From Minisyncoccota bacterium (GTDB lineage: Bacteria > Patescibacteriota > Minisyncoccia > Phycocordibacterales > UBA9973): a stretch of DNA of 64,000 bases. Made by a program: the position numbers and the translations under genes. Under the pieces are notes generated by a model. The model was not told the DNA's origin, made no database searches, and saw only the letters and a list, made by a program, of their open reading frames with translations. This document shows, piece by piece, positions 10,002 through 19,453 of this stretch (within the stretch, counting starts at the first letter, position 1; every line of letters begins with the position of its first letter). The DNA is taken from positions 15,245 through 79,244 of the forward strand of contig DASZSN010000019.1 of assembly GCA_035548655.1 (NCBI GenBank). The letters run 5' to 3'.

Positions 10002-10520
10002 ATGAAAAATATCTTGAAATATATGTTTATTTTGACCGTTGCCGCCAGCGTGCCGTTTTTTGGCGTCCACGCTCAAGACGACCTCGCCACCAACCCGGCG
10101 ACCCCGGCAGTTGAAGGAGCGACCACCACGAACGAGGACATCAATCTCCAGGATCTCAAAAACCAGCCGCTTGAGGTTCGCCGCCAGGTAATCTCACAGG
10201 AGCTTTCCGATATTCTCACTCGCCTCAATGTCATTTATGACAAAACAAAAGCGGCGCTCGATCGCCTCACACAAAACGGTATCGACACCAGCGGCGCTCA
10301 AAAAGAGCTCCTCGTCGCCGCCGACGCGCTCACTACCGCGCAGACAAACATCAACGTTTTTTCCGACACGAGTGTTTCGTTTGAACCGACGGAAAAAACT
10401 CCAACGCCACTTCGTGATGCGGTCATCCAGGTAGAAGCGAATCTTCGTGACGCACGAGAGGCGATTTTGCAGACACTCCTTTCTCTCAAAACCGCGATCG
10501 ACGCATCCGCGCAACAGTAA
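10002..10520 (+). CDS. Secreted alpha-helical hypothetical protein
   Basis: Signal peptide MKNILK...VHA|Q, helical-bundle pattern; start moved to ATG 10002. Confidence 0.7.
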   Translation: MKNILKYMFILTVAASVPFFGVHAQDDLATNPATPAVEGATTTNEDINLQDLKNQPLEVRRQVISQELSDILTRLNVIYDKTKAALDRLTQNGIDTSGAQKELLVAADALTTAQTNINVFSDTSVSFEPTEKTPTPLRDAVIQVEANLRDAREAILQTLLSLKTAIDASAQQ

Positions 10521-10528
10521 GCACCACT

Positions 10529-10765
10529 ATGGGCAATCGCGCTACATCCACCAATCACACTCCTTGGATAGTGATTGGTGTTTTGATTGTTGTTATCCTC
10601 GCCGGATTTCTCTGGATGAACGAGCGAAAGCAAAGTACACACACCGTCGACTCTTCACTCGGCGCCGCGCCATCATTGAACAATGAGACAACCACCGATG
10701 ACATTACCGCACTCGAAGCAAGTGCAGTAAACATCGCGATTCCCTCTTTTGAAAAAGCACTGTAA
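10529..10765 (+). CDS. Small single-TM hypothetical protein
   Basis: TM WIVIGVLIVVILAGFLW; operon-like spacing. Confidence 0.7.
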   Translation: MGNRATSTNHTPWIVIGVLIVVILAGFLWMNERKQSTHTVDSSLGAAPSLNNETTTDDITALEASAVNIAIPSFEKAL

Positions 10766-10817
10766 TCAAAAAATGGCATCATCGCTCACTGTGTGTTAGA
10801 CTGCGCCCACTACACAT

Positions 10818-11852
10818 ATGGCAAAAGACTACACTGTAACTGTAACGCCACTCCCCGATCAAGGGGCAGTTGAAATCAAAGGAGAAATTCCTTGGGATAT
10901 TTTTTTGGCATTTGAGAAAAAATCATTCGATCGCCTCGCCGCACATCTCGAACTTGACGGTTTTCGCAAAGGGCATGTTCCGGAGGACATCGCAAAGAAA
11001 CACCTCGGCGACGAACTCATCCTCTCCGATATGGCAGAGCTCGCGATCCAAGAGCTGTATCCAACAATCCTCGAAGATGAAAAAATAGACGCGATCGGCC
11101 GTCCGTTTCTCTCCATTACCAAGCTCGCTCGCGGCAACGCACTCGGATTTAGCATAAAAACCGACGTTCTCCCCGCAATCACACTCCCCGACTACCGAAA
11201 GATCGCCGTCGCAGTTCCAAACGAACCGGTAAAAGAAGTGACGGAAGCCGATGTCGACAAAGTGATTGAAGATTTGCGACAGCTTCGCGCCTACGGACAC
11301 GTCCACGGAGAACATGACGAACATCAACACACCGAACCGCTCCCTGAAGTGACGGACGAATTCGCACAATCATTTGGTGAATTCAAAACGGTCGCCGAGT
11401 TGCGAGCAAAAGTCATCGAAAACCTTTCAAAAGAAAATGAGCGCTCGGCAAAAGACAAGCGTCGTGTCGCTATTCTCGAAGCGATTATGGAAAAAACGCC
11501 AATCACCGTTCCCGCAATCATCATCGCTTCAGAGCAAGACAAAATCATCGCGCAGGTGGAGGCAGATCTCGCTCGAAGCGGACTCTCTTTTGATGAATAT
11601 CTTACCCACGCAAAGAAAACTCGCGAAGAACTTCGTGATGAAACGAAACCGGAGGCCGAAAAGCGCGCAAAAACACAACTTCTCATCAATGCAATCGCCA
11701 AGCATGCCGGCATTCACGCAACCGACCAGGAAGTCTCTGTTGAGACGGAGACCATTATGAAATCATTTCCGGATGCCGACAAAGCACGAACCGAAGCGTA
11801 TGCCGATATGATTATCACGAACGAAAAAGTACTTTCGATGCTTGAGAAATAA
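10818..11852 (+). CDS. tig: Trigger factor lacking the FKBP PPIase domain
   Basis: Ribosome-binding signature GFRKGHVP, LPEVTDEFA, C-terminal SurA-like domain; only 344 aa. Confidence 0.93.
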   Translation: MAKDYTVTVTPLPDQGAVEIKGEIPWDIFLAFEKKSFDRLAAHLELDGFRKGHVPEDIAKKHLGDELILSDMAELAIQELYPTILEDEKIDAIGRPFLSITKLARGNALGFSIKTDVLPAITLPDYRKIAVAVPNEPVKEVTEADVDKVIEDLRQLRAYGHVHGEHDEHQHTEPLPEVTDEFAQSFGEFKTVAELRAKVIENLSKENERSAKDKRRVAILEAIMEKTPITVPAIIIASEQDKIIAQVEADLARSGLSFDEYLTHAKKTREELRDETKPEAEKRAKTQLLINAIAKHAGIHATDQEVSVETETIMKSFPDADKARTEAYADMIITNEKVLSMLEK

Positions 11853-11858
11853 ACCTCC

Positions 11859-11900
11859 TATCTAACAAAAAACGCCCTTCCGGGCGTTTTTTGTTAGATA
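11859..11900. terminator. Bidirectional terminator (19-bp perfect stem)
   Basis: TATCTAACAAAAAACGCCC-TTCC-GGGCGTTTTTTGTTAGATA between convergent tig and dksA-like genes. Confidence 0.9.
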
Positions 11901-12263
11901 CTACTTCTCTTCCATGTGTTTCTTGCACGTTCGCGCGGCAGGATTTGCGACAAGTCGTTCTTTCTCTATGGGGTGTGTCGGAGCGACCTCACAGGTGCCG
12001 TACGTACCCTGTTTTATCTTCTCAAGCGCGGTTTCGATATCGCTGAGGCGTTCTTGGAGTGTTGCTGTCATACTCGTACGTTCTTCAAAGTCTTCAAATC
12101 GGTCGGCGGCATCGTTATCATCGATTTCACCGACAAGATCCTGGTCGGGGATCGCCTCCCAGAGATTGGTATTTGTATTAAAACGCGCCATACCTGAAAG
12201 TTCCTCTTCGAGCAACTTTTTTTCCGCACTGAGCTTTTCTTCAAATGGTTTTGTATCAATCAT
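11901..12263 (-). CDS. DksA/TraR family zinc-finger protein
   Basis: DDNDAAD coiled-coil tip; ALEKIKQGTYGTCE...IEKERLVANPAARTC. Confidence 0.9.
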   Translation of the reverse strand: MIDTKPFEEKLSAEKKLLEEELSGMARFNTNTNLWEAIPDQDLVGEIDDNDAADRFEDFEERTSMTATLQERLSDIETALEKIKQGTYGTCEVAPTHPIEKERLVANPAARTCKKHMEEK

Positions 12264-12319
12264 TGCAGGTAATACTAGCATGACGAACAAAAAGCACAAC
12301 CCTTTCTACACCCCATTTA

Positions 12320-13294
12320 TTATTGGCGAATGATTGCGTCGTAGATAGCCTTCAAAACGGATGGATCAGTCGTAATCACAATGATATTTTGCGAGACTTG
12401 GCCATAGAGAATAACCGGTGTTTGAGCCCCGGTGGCCGAATCTTCTTGGTTCAAGATCCGAACCGGGATGTTGTAGAGGTACTTTCCTTCAAAGCCGCCG
12501 CCGACTTGTGCTTGGTACGCCGCAAGGTCGATATTGAGCGCCTTATAAAAGAGCTGTACCATGGTCGGTTCCGCGATGAGAAATTCTTTCGACGCCGTTT
12601 CGATGTCTGGTACCGCAGTGATTATAAACGGTACGATCGATGTCCCGGTGTTCATCGCTCCCAGACGCATCGCTTCCATCACTCCTTCAAACGGCTCGCT
12701 CGGATTTGCCTCAATAAAATTGAAAAAGTCCGATGTCGAAAGTGGTGTGAGCGTCTGATTGTCAGTGACGATTGGGATGAGTACCGGCTTCCCTTCGGGA
12801 AGGGTCGTATCGGTTGTGAGCGTCTGTATAGTCGTTCGAATATCGGTGGTATGTACCACAACCGGATCCAAATTTTGAAACACTCCGACCGAGAGCGCTT
12901 TCTCCGCGGGAACCGTGAGTCCGCGATAGTACCAATACCCGTACGCGATGGCGCTGGTGGCAAGGATGACGAGGAGAATGGAAAAAATGCTAAGCCATTT
13001 GCGTTCACGTCGCTCTTTGCCGACTTCTTTTGCAATCATTTCTTTTTCACGCGCTGTTTCAAGAAGCTCTTGCACAACAGAAGCATCCGTCGCGTTCATC
13101 GCGAGTGAAAAGTCGTCCTCGAATGTGTGTGATCGATGTGGCGGAACGGGAGGCGTTTGTGATGGAGATGGCGGAGGTGTCGACGGAGCCGGTGATGGAG
13201 GCACCGGAGTGGCTTGAGGTTCGGATGACAACGGGGTGGTGGGGGTCGGTACCGCTGACGGAGGTATTGTATTTTCTTTTTTTTCTTCTTCCAT
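12320..13294 (-). CDS. Bitopic membrane hypothetical protein with Pro-rich N-terminus
   Basis: 324-aa ORF, P-rich N-terminus, one TM (WLSIFSILLVILATSAIAYGYW). Confidence 0.75.
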   Translation of the reverse strand: MEEEKKENTIPPSAVPTPTTPLSSEPQATPVPPSPAPSTPPPSPSQTPPVPPHRSHTFEDDFSLAMNATDASVVQELLETAREKEMIAKEVGKERRERKWLSIFSILLVILATSAIAYGYWYYRGLTVPAEKALSVGVFQNLDPVVVHTTDIRTTIQTLTTDTTLPEGKPVLIPIVTDNQTLTPLSTSDFFNFIEANPSEPFEGVMEAMRLGAMNTGTSIVPFIITAVPDIETASKEFLIAEPTMVQLFYKALNIDLAAYQAQVGGGFEGKYLYNIPVRILNQEDSATGAQTPVILYGQVSQNIIVITTDPSVLKAIYDAIIRQ

Positions 13295-13427
13295 CCCGTT
13301 AGCGACAGGATACGTTCGGGTACCCGTTGACTACCTTCTTTGTAAAAAGTTTTCCAATCATGTTCACTTCGGTAAGTATACCTTTTTGTGAAACAAAATC
13401 GCTACCGAGATCGATCGTTGATGGTGA

Positions 13428-13934
13428 TTAGTATCCCAAAAGATATTTTTTCGGTGTCGTTGAGAGGTCAAAAAAATCGTCCGCCACTTCCTTGAGCGCC
13501 ATGGATGCCGATTTGCCGAACGTGGCAACTTCGACTTGCACACCGTGATGGTATTTCAAAAATTCGCACAACGGTACAAAATCGCCGTCGCCGCTGATGA
13601 TGATGATTGCATCGAGCTTCGGTGCCATAGAAACGGCATCGATCGCAAGTCCGATGTCCCAGTCTGCTTTTTTACTGCCATCAAAAAATATTTGCAGATC
13701 TTTGACTTTGGTTTCGATGCCACCCTTGGTGAGCGCGCCCAAAAATGCTTTTTCGTCTTCGCTCTCCGTTGTAATCGCATAGGCAATCGCGCGGATGAGC
13801 TTGCGCCCCGCGAGGGTGTCTTTGACGACGTTCGCGAAGTTCACTTTTCGTTTATAAAGATTTTTTGCCGTGTGATAGAGGTTTTGCGTGTCGATAAAAA
13901 TGCCGACGCGCTGGTCTTTTTGTTTGATAATCAT
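13428..13934 (-). CDS. NYN domain (LabA/DUF88) PIN-fold nuclease
   Basis: IFIDTQNLY, KADWDIGLAIDA, ISGDGDFVPL, LKEVADDFFDL. Confidence 0.93.
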   Translation of the reverse strand: MIIKQKDQRVGIFIDTQNLYHTAKNLYKRKVNFANVVKDTLAGRKLIRAIAYAITTESEDEKAFLGALTKGGIETKVKDLQIFFDGSKKADWDIGLAIDAVSMAPKLDAIIIISGDGDFVPLCEFLKYHHGVQVEVATFGKSASMALKEVADDFFDLSTTPKKYLLGY

Positions 13935-14028
13935 AGGGGTAAGTATACCGCAGAGCGTTGTTTAGAAAAATACGCGGTGAGGTGGTATGAAAAAACAAAT
14001 CTCCGCTAAGAGCGGGACTTGCAATTGG

Positions 14029-14289
14029 TTATTCTTTGATAATTTTGAGGGCTTCTTTGTGCTGTGTCGGATTTTTCTTTTCGAGCACTTTGAGGTGACC
14101 TCGGCGATGCGCCACCATTTTGATCAATCCCCGGCGCGAGTGGTTGTCCTTTTTGTGGTGTTTCAAATGGTCAGCAAGACGATCAATCTGCTCGGTGAGC
14201 ATGGCAACCTGCAACTTCTGCGAGCCGGTGTCGGTCGGATGCATTTGGTATTTCTTGATGATAGTCTGCTTTTTCTTGGTGGTAAGCAT
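14029..14289 (-). CDS. rpsO: 30S ribosomal protein S15
   Basis: DTGSQKLQVAMLTEQI...HKKDNHSRRGLIKMV; start ATG 14289. Confidence 0.97.
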   Translation of the reverse strand: MLTTKKKQTIIKKYQMHPTDTGSQKLQVAMLTEQIDRLADHLKHHKKDNHSRRGLIKMVAHRRGHLKVLEKKNPTQHKEALKIIKE

Positions 14290-14452
14290 GAGCGCATTGT
14301 AATACATGTTGGAGAAAAAAGCAAGTCCGCATACATATCGCGTTGTTGATAGCATCATGAAATCATTTGTTTCAAATGCGTGACGCGCAGACAAATACGC
14401 GGGCGACATTCGAACGTCGCACAATATTTTTTACGGTATATACTTATTCCCG

Positions 14453-15367
14453 ATGACCGTAACCGACGCCAAGCGACAATTCCTCGAATACATGGAAATC
14501 GAAAAAGGACGCAGTCTGCGCACCATCGAAAACTACGACCACTACCTCACTCGTTTTATGAACGAGATGAATATAAAAAACACCGGCGACATCGACGAGA
14601 ATGCAATTCGAGAGTTTCGCCTCAAACTCAACCGCTCCTCCGGCGTCTTTGTCAAAGGCCAGTCGCGCGCAACGATGAAAAAGAATACGCAAAATTATTA
14701 TATGATTGCGATCCGATCGTTTCTCAAATATCTGCGCAAGCGCAACATCGAGGCGCTCACGCCGGATGCCATCGAGCTTGCAAAAGTCGGCGCACGCGAC
14801 CTCACCCTCATCTCGATTGATGAACTCAAACGCCTTCTCGAAGCACCAAGCGGCGACGAGCAAAAGTCGCTTCGCGACCGCGCGATCCTCGAGCTTTTTT
14901 TCTCGACCGGACTTCGCCTCTCCGAACTCTGCTCACTCAATCGCGACCTCGATCTTTCAAAGGATGAATTTTCCATCCGCGGCAAAGGCGAAAAAGTACG
15001 CGTCGTGTTTCTCTCCCCCGATGCAAAGGCCGCAATAAAAAAATATTTGGACAAGCGCGCGGATATGGATGAAGCGCTCTTTATCGACATCGCAAAAAAT
15101 GGCACTACCCGCGACTCCCGCCGACTCACTCCCCGCTCGATCGAACGCATCGTCAAACACTACGCGACGAAAGCCGGCATTTCAAAAAAGGTGACCCCGC
15201 ATGTTCTTCGCCACTCGTTTGCCACCGACCTTCTCTCAAACGGCGCCGATATCCGCAGTGTCCAAATGATGCTCGGGCATGCCAACATCGCCACCACACA
15301 GGTATACACCCACGTCACCGACCGCCAACTCCGCGAAATCCATAAGAAATATCACTCGAAAAAATAA
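14453..15367 (+). CDS. Tyrosine recombinase, XerC/XerD family
   Basis: SLRTIENY, RDRAILELFFSTGLRLSEL, GKGEKVR, TPHVLRHSFATDLL, MLGHANIATTQVYTHV. Confidence 0.95.
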   Translation: MTVTDAKRQFLEYMEIEKGRSLRTIENYDHYLTRFMNEMNIKNTGDIDENAIREFRLKLNRSSGVFVKGQSRATMKKNTQNYYMIAIRSFLKYLRKRNIEALTPDAIELAKVGARDLTLISIDELKRLLEAPSGDEQKSLRDRAILELFFSTGLRLSELCSLNRDLDLSKDEFSIRGKGEKVRVVFLSPDAKAAIKKYLDKRADMDEALFIDIAKNGTTRDSRRLTPRSIERIVKHYATKAGISKKVTPHVLRHSFATDLLSNGADIRSVQMMLGHANIATTQVYTHVTDRQLREIHKKYHSKK

Positions 15368-15371
15368 AGCG

Positions 15372-15644
15372 TTAGACTAACTCAGCCTCGCCTGTAATGA
15401 TCTTGCGACATTCATCAATGCTCTTGTTTTGACACTGTGAAATAGTTTCTGGCTTTTCCCTCTGAAACTGCGCAAATGCATTTTTTGCATCCTGAACTTC
15501 ATCTGGAGAAATGACAAGCGCATCAGGGTTGTCCAAAAATGCCATCCATAATGGCTGACCATTCGCCATTACTGTTTCATCTACAGATTCCGGACGATCT
15601 TCTGCCTGTGGACCGACTATATTTTCCAAATCATTATTATCCAT
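15372..15644 (-). CDS. Small acidic hypothetical protein
   Basis: 90-aa ORF filling the gap. Confidence 0.55.
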   Translation of the reverse strand: MDNNDLENIVGPQAEDRPESVDETVMANGQPLWMAFLDNPDALVISPDEVQDAKNAFAQFQREKPETISQCQNKSIDECRKIITGEAELV

Positions 15645-15732
15645 ATGCAGTATTGAAGCACATGTGGAATTATTATGCTAGTTAAAAATAAAAACCGCCT
15701 TTTGAGAGGCGGAATTTTAGTGAAAGATCTTT

Positions 15733-16482
15733 TTATTTTTTTGCATACGTGACGGCGCCATTGTGTGTATACGTCATATTTCCAAGATCAAAATGATCTC
15801 CTTCATTTACCCTTACGGTAACCTGGACATTATCCAGATTGTTTTCCATTTCTCTTGCTTCTTTTGGAGTAACCGACGGTCCACTCCACCCCTGACCCTT
15901 GTACAGAGGAATGTCGAAACATTCGGCTAACCAAATTGCGGTTTGGTAATCGACGTAATAATTGATCCCTTTGTTTTTTTCAATCGTGAAAGATGGATAG
16001 TACGTTCCTATGACGTCATTGTTCTTTCCTTTAAGGGAAAAAACTCCATTAAAACATTGAACAAACGCTACGACACTGTCGCCAAAGCATTTTCCACCCT
16101 TAACAACTGCGTACAACTGATCTTCATAGGTGCCGTCATACTTTTCACCATCGCCAGATGAAACACCTTTTGCAGTACCAGAACCAAACATGTAGGTGAT
16201 TGATTTTATTTCACAATCAAGACCGTTTTCACGAAGCGTTGATACCAAAGATGCGTTGAGGTGTGGGAGCACATCATCAATTCTTTGCCGACGTTGTTCT
16301 GGTGTCAGCGGTTTAAGAGAGGCAATAAATTCTTTCCTCCATGTAATGTCATGGACATCGAATGGCTGAACACCATTCACGACATCCACCTTGTTGGCGT
16401 CGGCATTCGAACAGGATGAAAAATGAAAGCTCATGGTTAATGCTGTAATCAGCACCAAGCAGAAAAAAGATAACTTTTTCAT
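15733..16482 (-). CDS. Putative lipoprotein (AT-rich ORFan)
   Basis: MKKLSFF...FSSC lipobox; own TTGACA promoter (~16508-16536, minus strand) and downstream hairpin. Confidence 0.7.
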   Translation of the reverse strand: MKKLSFFCLVLITALTMSFHFSSCSNADANKVDVVNGVQPFDVHDITWRKEFIASLKPLTPEQRRQRIDDVLPHLNASLVSTLRENGLDCEIKSITYMFGSGTAKGVSSGDGEKYDGTYEDQLYAVVKGGKCFGDSVVAFVQCFNGVFSLKGKNNDVIGTYYPSFTIEKNKGINYYVDYQTAIWLAECFDIPLYKGQGWSGPSVTPKEAREMENNLDNVQVTVRVNEGDHFDLGNMTYTHNGAVTYAKK

Positions 16483-16556
16483 TATTATGTGGTTTTTAAA
16501 TTTGCCCTTATATTACATAGCTTTATTTATATGTCAATATCTCCTACGAGGAGGGA

Positions 16557-16585
16557 TTGACAAGTTAATCTTAATATGCTACAAT
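16557..16585 (+). promoter_or_regulatory. sigma70 promoter
   Basis: TTGACA-17 nt-TACAAT with TG extension. Confidence 0.75.
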
Positions 16586-16658
16586 ACATCTAGTAAGGTC
16601 AATTCTGCTCGTACCTGCACACTGCGAAATCGAGCAAGTTCATTTAAATAAAATTAAA

Positions 16659-17249
16659 GTGAAAAAAATATTATACGCGGCTATTGCCGTTATCATCGTT
16701 GTTTTCTCATCATGCTCACACAGAAGTTCTAATATTGTTGTACCGGTATCATTCGATACGGCTATCAATGTAACAAAAGTAACAGTAAGAACATCCCCCC
16801 GATACGCCTGCGCAACGGGAAAAAGGTTGCCGCAAGATCGCCTTGATGGAGTTGACTCTACAACGATACAGCAACAAATTCACTCAAACAAAAATGTTTT
16901 AGTGAGCTCTTCTGATAATGCAAGAAATGCTATCGGAAGTGATTGTGGTTGCTATGTATGCGGATTACCTTGGTGGCTTGCTTCACTGATTGGACTGATC
17001 TTGTTAGTGCTTCTAATCGGGTTAATTGCAAAATTAATTAACGATAGTAAACATCATCGCACTTACAGTAACCATAGTTCATCTACTGTGACCCAGTACA
17101 ACAATGGGTCTCGCATCAGCGAACTCACTGAATTGGTAAACGCAATGGGAATCCATAGTGCGAACAAAAATTCATATCTGCGCTACAGAACGCAAGAGAT
17201 GAAATTGAAAATTGCACTTGGAGATGAATCGGTTGCAAAGGTAAACTAA
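16659..17249 (+). CDS. Putative lipoprotein with internal TM (AT-rich ORFan)
   Basis: MKKILY...FSSC lipobox; CGCYVC then TM LPWWLASLIGLILLVLLIGLI. Confidence 0.7.
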   Translation: MKKILYAAIAVIIVVFSSCSHRSSNIVVPVSFDTAINVTKVTVRTSPRYACATGKRLPQDRLDGVDSTTIQQQIHSNKNVLVSSSDNARNAIGSDCGCYVCGLPWWLASLIGLILLVLLIGLIAKLINDSKHHRTYSNHSSSTVTQYNNGSRISELTELVNAMGIHSANKNSYLRYRTQEMKLKIALGDESVAKVN

Positions 17250-17270
17250 TTTCACTTTAATCCGTACTGC

Positions 17271-17298
17271 AAGAGCTCCGTTTCCGGGGCTCTTTTTT
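17271..17298 (+). terminator. Rho-independent terminator
   Basis: AAGAGCTCCG-TTTC-CGGGGCTCTT followed by T-run. Confidence 0.75.
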
Positions 17299-17356
17299 AT
17301 TTGACAAAAGTGCTCAGTTTGACATAATCGAAACCTAAACACTTCAATCGTTCTTT

Positions 17357-17563
17357 ATGAAAATCATTAAAGATAATATTTCACTTTCGGGGCTACTTAT
17401 GGCCGTTTTGTTTATTTTTTTATTTGGATTGCAGATAAATCCGTCCGACGCAACAGATGACTACTTCGATAATACTCCGTTAAAAAAAGTATCGAGGGGA
17501 AAAATAAAAGACGACAGTGATACCCTGAACGTGCCGCTTCAAAAAGTGGTAGAAAAGAGATGA
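17357..17563 (+). CDS. Small secreted/membrane ORFan
   Basis: TTGACA promoter near 17301, hydrophobic N-terminus, GAGC-TTCG-GCTC terminator after the stop. Confidence 0.55.
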   Translation: MKIIKDNISLSGLLMAVLFIFLFGLQINPSDATDDYFDNTPLKKVSRGKIKDDSDTLNVPLQKVVEKR

Positions 17564-17659
17564 TATCAAAAGGAGCTTCGGCTCTTTTTTATTTTCCTGA
17601 CATCATAAAAATTTGACAAAAGAATATTTTTCTGTTTAAATAAAGAAAATCAACACAAC

Positions 17660-17962
17660 ATGTTTTATTTAGAAAACTTGCATAAAAAGTCCCCTAACAA
17701 GAGACTTCTGAACTGGACTTACTTTGCAACATTTGTGACAAAGCAGGACATGGCAAAGATCCATTGTAACGCAGGTTCTATAAAGCAACTTGCGGATCAA
17801 ATAACCGAGGAGTGTAGGAAAAAGGGAATTTCCCCCGCAGAATTCAAGGCAGATCTTCCGGAAAAAGGAAGTATCGATACGAGCAACCACTCATACCCTG
17901 TCACACGAGGTCTCTCTGAAGGAGATATTCGGCAGTTGCTCATGTTTTTGTGCGGCATGTAA
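17660..17962 (+). CDS. Hypothetical protein (ORFan)
   Basis: TTGACA near 17613 upstream; 100-aa ORF. Confidence 0.55.
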   Translation: MFYLENLHKKSPNKRLLNWTYFATFVTKQDMAKIHCNAGSIKQLADQITEECRKKGISPAEFKADLPEKGSIDTSNHSYPVTRGLSEGDIRQLLMFLCGM

Positions 17963-18033
17963 AATTTTTTTCGGTATCCCCGTTGTGGTGATGCCGATTT
18001 TTTATTTATCGATTTGATTGCTATTATGATGCC

Positions 18034-18834
18034 ATGCGTATCATCTCTTGGAACGTCAATGGCATTCGCGCAGTCCATAAAAAAGGGCTTTTGGTTCCGT
18101 TTGTCAAAAAGTACGCCCCCGATATTGTATGCCTCCAAGAAACCAAAGCCGAACAGCACCAAAGCGAAGTTGATCTGCCACAGTACGAGGAATATTGGAA
18201 TGCATCGACCACCCGCAAGGGTTACAGCGGCACCGCCATTTTTACAAAACAAACACCCCTCGCCGTTACGAACAACCTCCCTCACGACATCGCAAAAAAA
18301 TACAAACTCGAAGGCGACGGCTATGGCAACCCAAACGCCGAGGGACGCGTCATCGCCGCAGAATTTACATCATGTTTCGTCGTCACGGTGTACACGCCGA
18401 ACGCAAAAGACGACCTCACCCGTCTCGGTCTGCGCCATGCGCACTGGGACCCGGCGTTTTTGGAATACATGAAGCGACTCGCAGAAAAAAAGCCGGTCAT
18501 TTTTTGCGGCGACTTAAATGTTGCACACACGCCGGATGATCTCGCCCATCCCAAACAAAACGAGGGAAAGAAAGGATTTACCGATGAAGAGCGTGAGGGA
18601 ATCGACAGGATCGTCGGCGCGGGCTTTGTCGACACGTTTCGCCTCTTCACCAAAGGAAACGGGCACTATACCTGGTGGAGCCATTTCGCCAATGCTCGTG
18701 CGCGCAACGTCGGTTGGCGCATCGACTATATTTTCGTCAGCAAGAAACTCGCGTCAAACATCACCGCCGCAAAAATCTTGCCCGACGTGATGGGAAGCGA
18801 TCACTGTCCGGTAATGATTGAGATCAAAAATTGA
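18034..18834 (+). CDS. xth: Exodeoxyribonuclease III / AP endonuclease
   Basis: SWNVNGIRA, CLQETK, EGRVI, CGDLNVAH, YTWWS, GWRIDY, GSDHCPV. Confidence 0.97.
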   Translation: MRIISWNVNGIRAVHKKGLLVPFVKKYAPDIVCLQETKAEQHQSEVDLPQYEEYWNASTTRKGYSGTAIFTKQTPLAVTNNLPHDIAKKYKLEGDGYGNPNAEGRVIAAEFTSCFVVTVYTPNAKDDLTRLGLRHAHWDPAFLEYMKRLAEKKPVIFCGDLNVAHTPDDLAHPKQNEGKKGFTDEEREGIDRIVGAGFVDTFRLFTKGNGHYTWWSHFANARARNVGWRIDYIFVSKKLASNITAAKILPDVMGSDHCPVMIEIKN

Positions 18835-18877
18835 AAAATAAAAATTGCCGAGTATAATCGAAAAAACTGTATGCAGT

Positions 18878-19453
18878 ATGTACAATATCGTTCGGATCAA
18901 GCCGGGAAACGCATATTGGGTTTGTAATTTTCAACTTGTGTTGGATAACCAATACAAACAAAGAACTCATCGAAGCCTCAATGAGAAACCACTCATAAGA
19001 TTACGAGCTGAGATCTACAGGTATGCGGCAGGACTTAAACTTTTGTTTGGAGCATTTGTACCAAGCAGTAATGAACTGATCGGTTATATCATCGGGTACC
19101 CTCCCAGTCTCGCTCTTGAGTATCGATATCGAGTGATTACAAGAGCAACATTGCCATCCCAAAAGAAATTTAAGGAAACCTACATCAATTTTCTTGAACT
19201 CTTGAGGGAAGATTATTTTTTGACAGTGAATGCATCATTCAAGGAGGGGGTGAACCAAAAAGATATAATGACGAATCTGTTGAAGAAATTAACTGAAGAA
19301 GCTAACAGGCAACAATTTACTGGCATCTTGTTTACAGCACAACGCCACGGAATGAAAACATTTTTGCCGGTTGTTAATTTCAATCTGATTGATACGGTAC
19401 AGTTCAAGACAAGCGAACCATTCACCAATATTTATTACAAATGTCTCTCTTAA
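18878..19453 (+). CDS. Hypothetical protein, possibly divergent GNAT-fold
   Basis: LFGAF...ELIGYIIG and IMTNLLKKLTEEANRQQFTGILF resemble GNAT topology but motif A is not intact; AT-rich. Confidence 0.5.
   Translation: MYNIVRIKPGNAYWVCNFQLVLDNQYKQRTHRSLNEKPLIRLRAEIYRYAAGLKLLFGAFVPSSNELIGYIIGYPPSLALEYRYRVITRATLPSQKKFKETYINFLELLREDYFLTVNASFKEGVNQKDIMTNLLKKLTEEANRQQFTGILFTAQRHGMKTFLPVVNFNLIDTVQFKTSEPFTNIYYKCLS

Noticed and set aside
14290-15732. dif site near the Xer gene
   Set aside because: No convincing 28-bp XerC/XerD site, and the region is origin-proximal
14453-17962. Integron (tyrosine recombinase next to ORFan cassettes)
   Set aside because: The recombinase looks like a housekeeping Xer without the IntI-specific insertion; no attC-like repeats; ORFans carry their own promoters and mixed orientations
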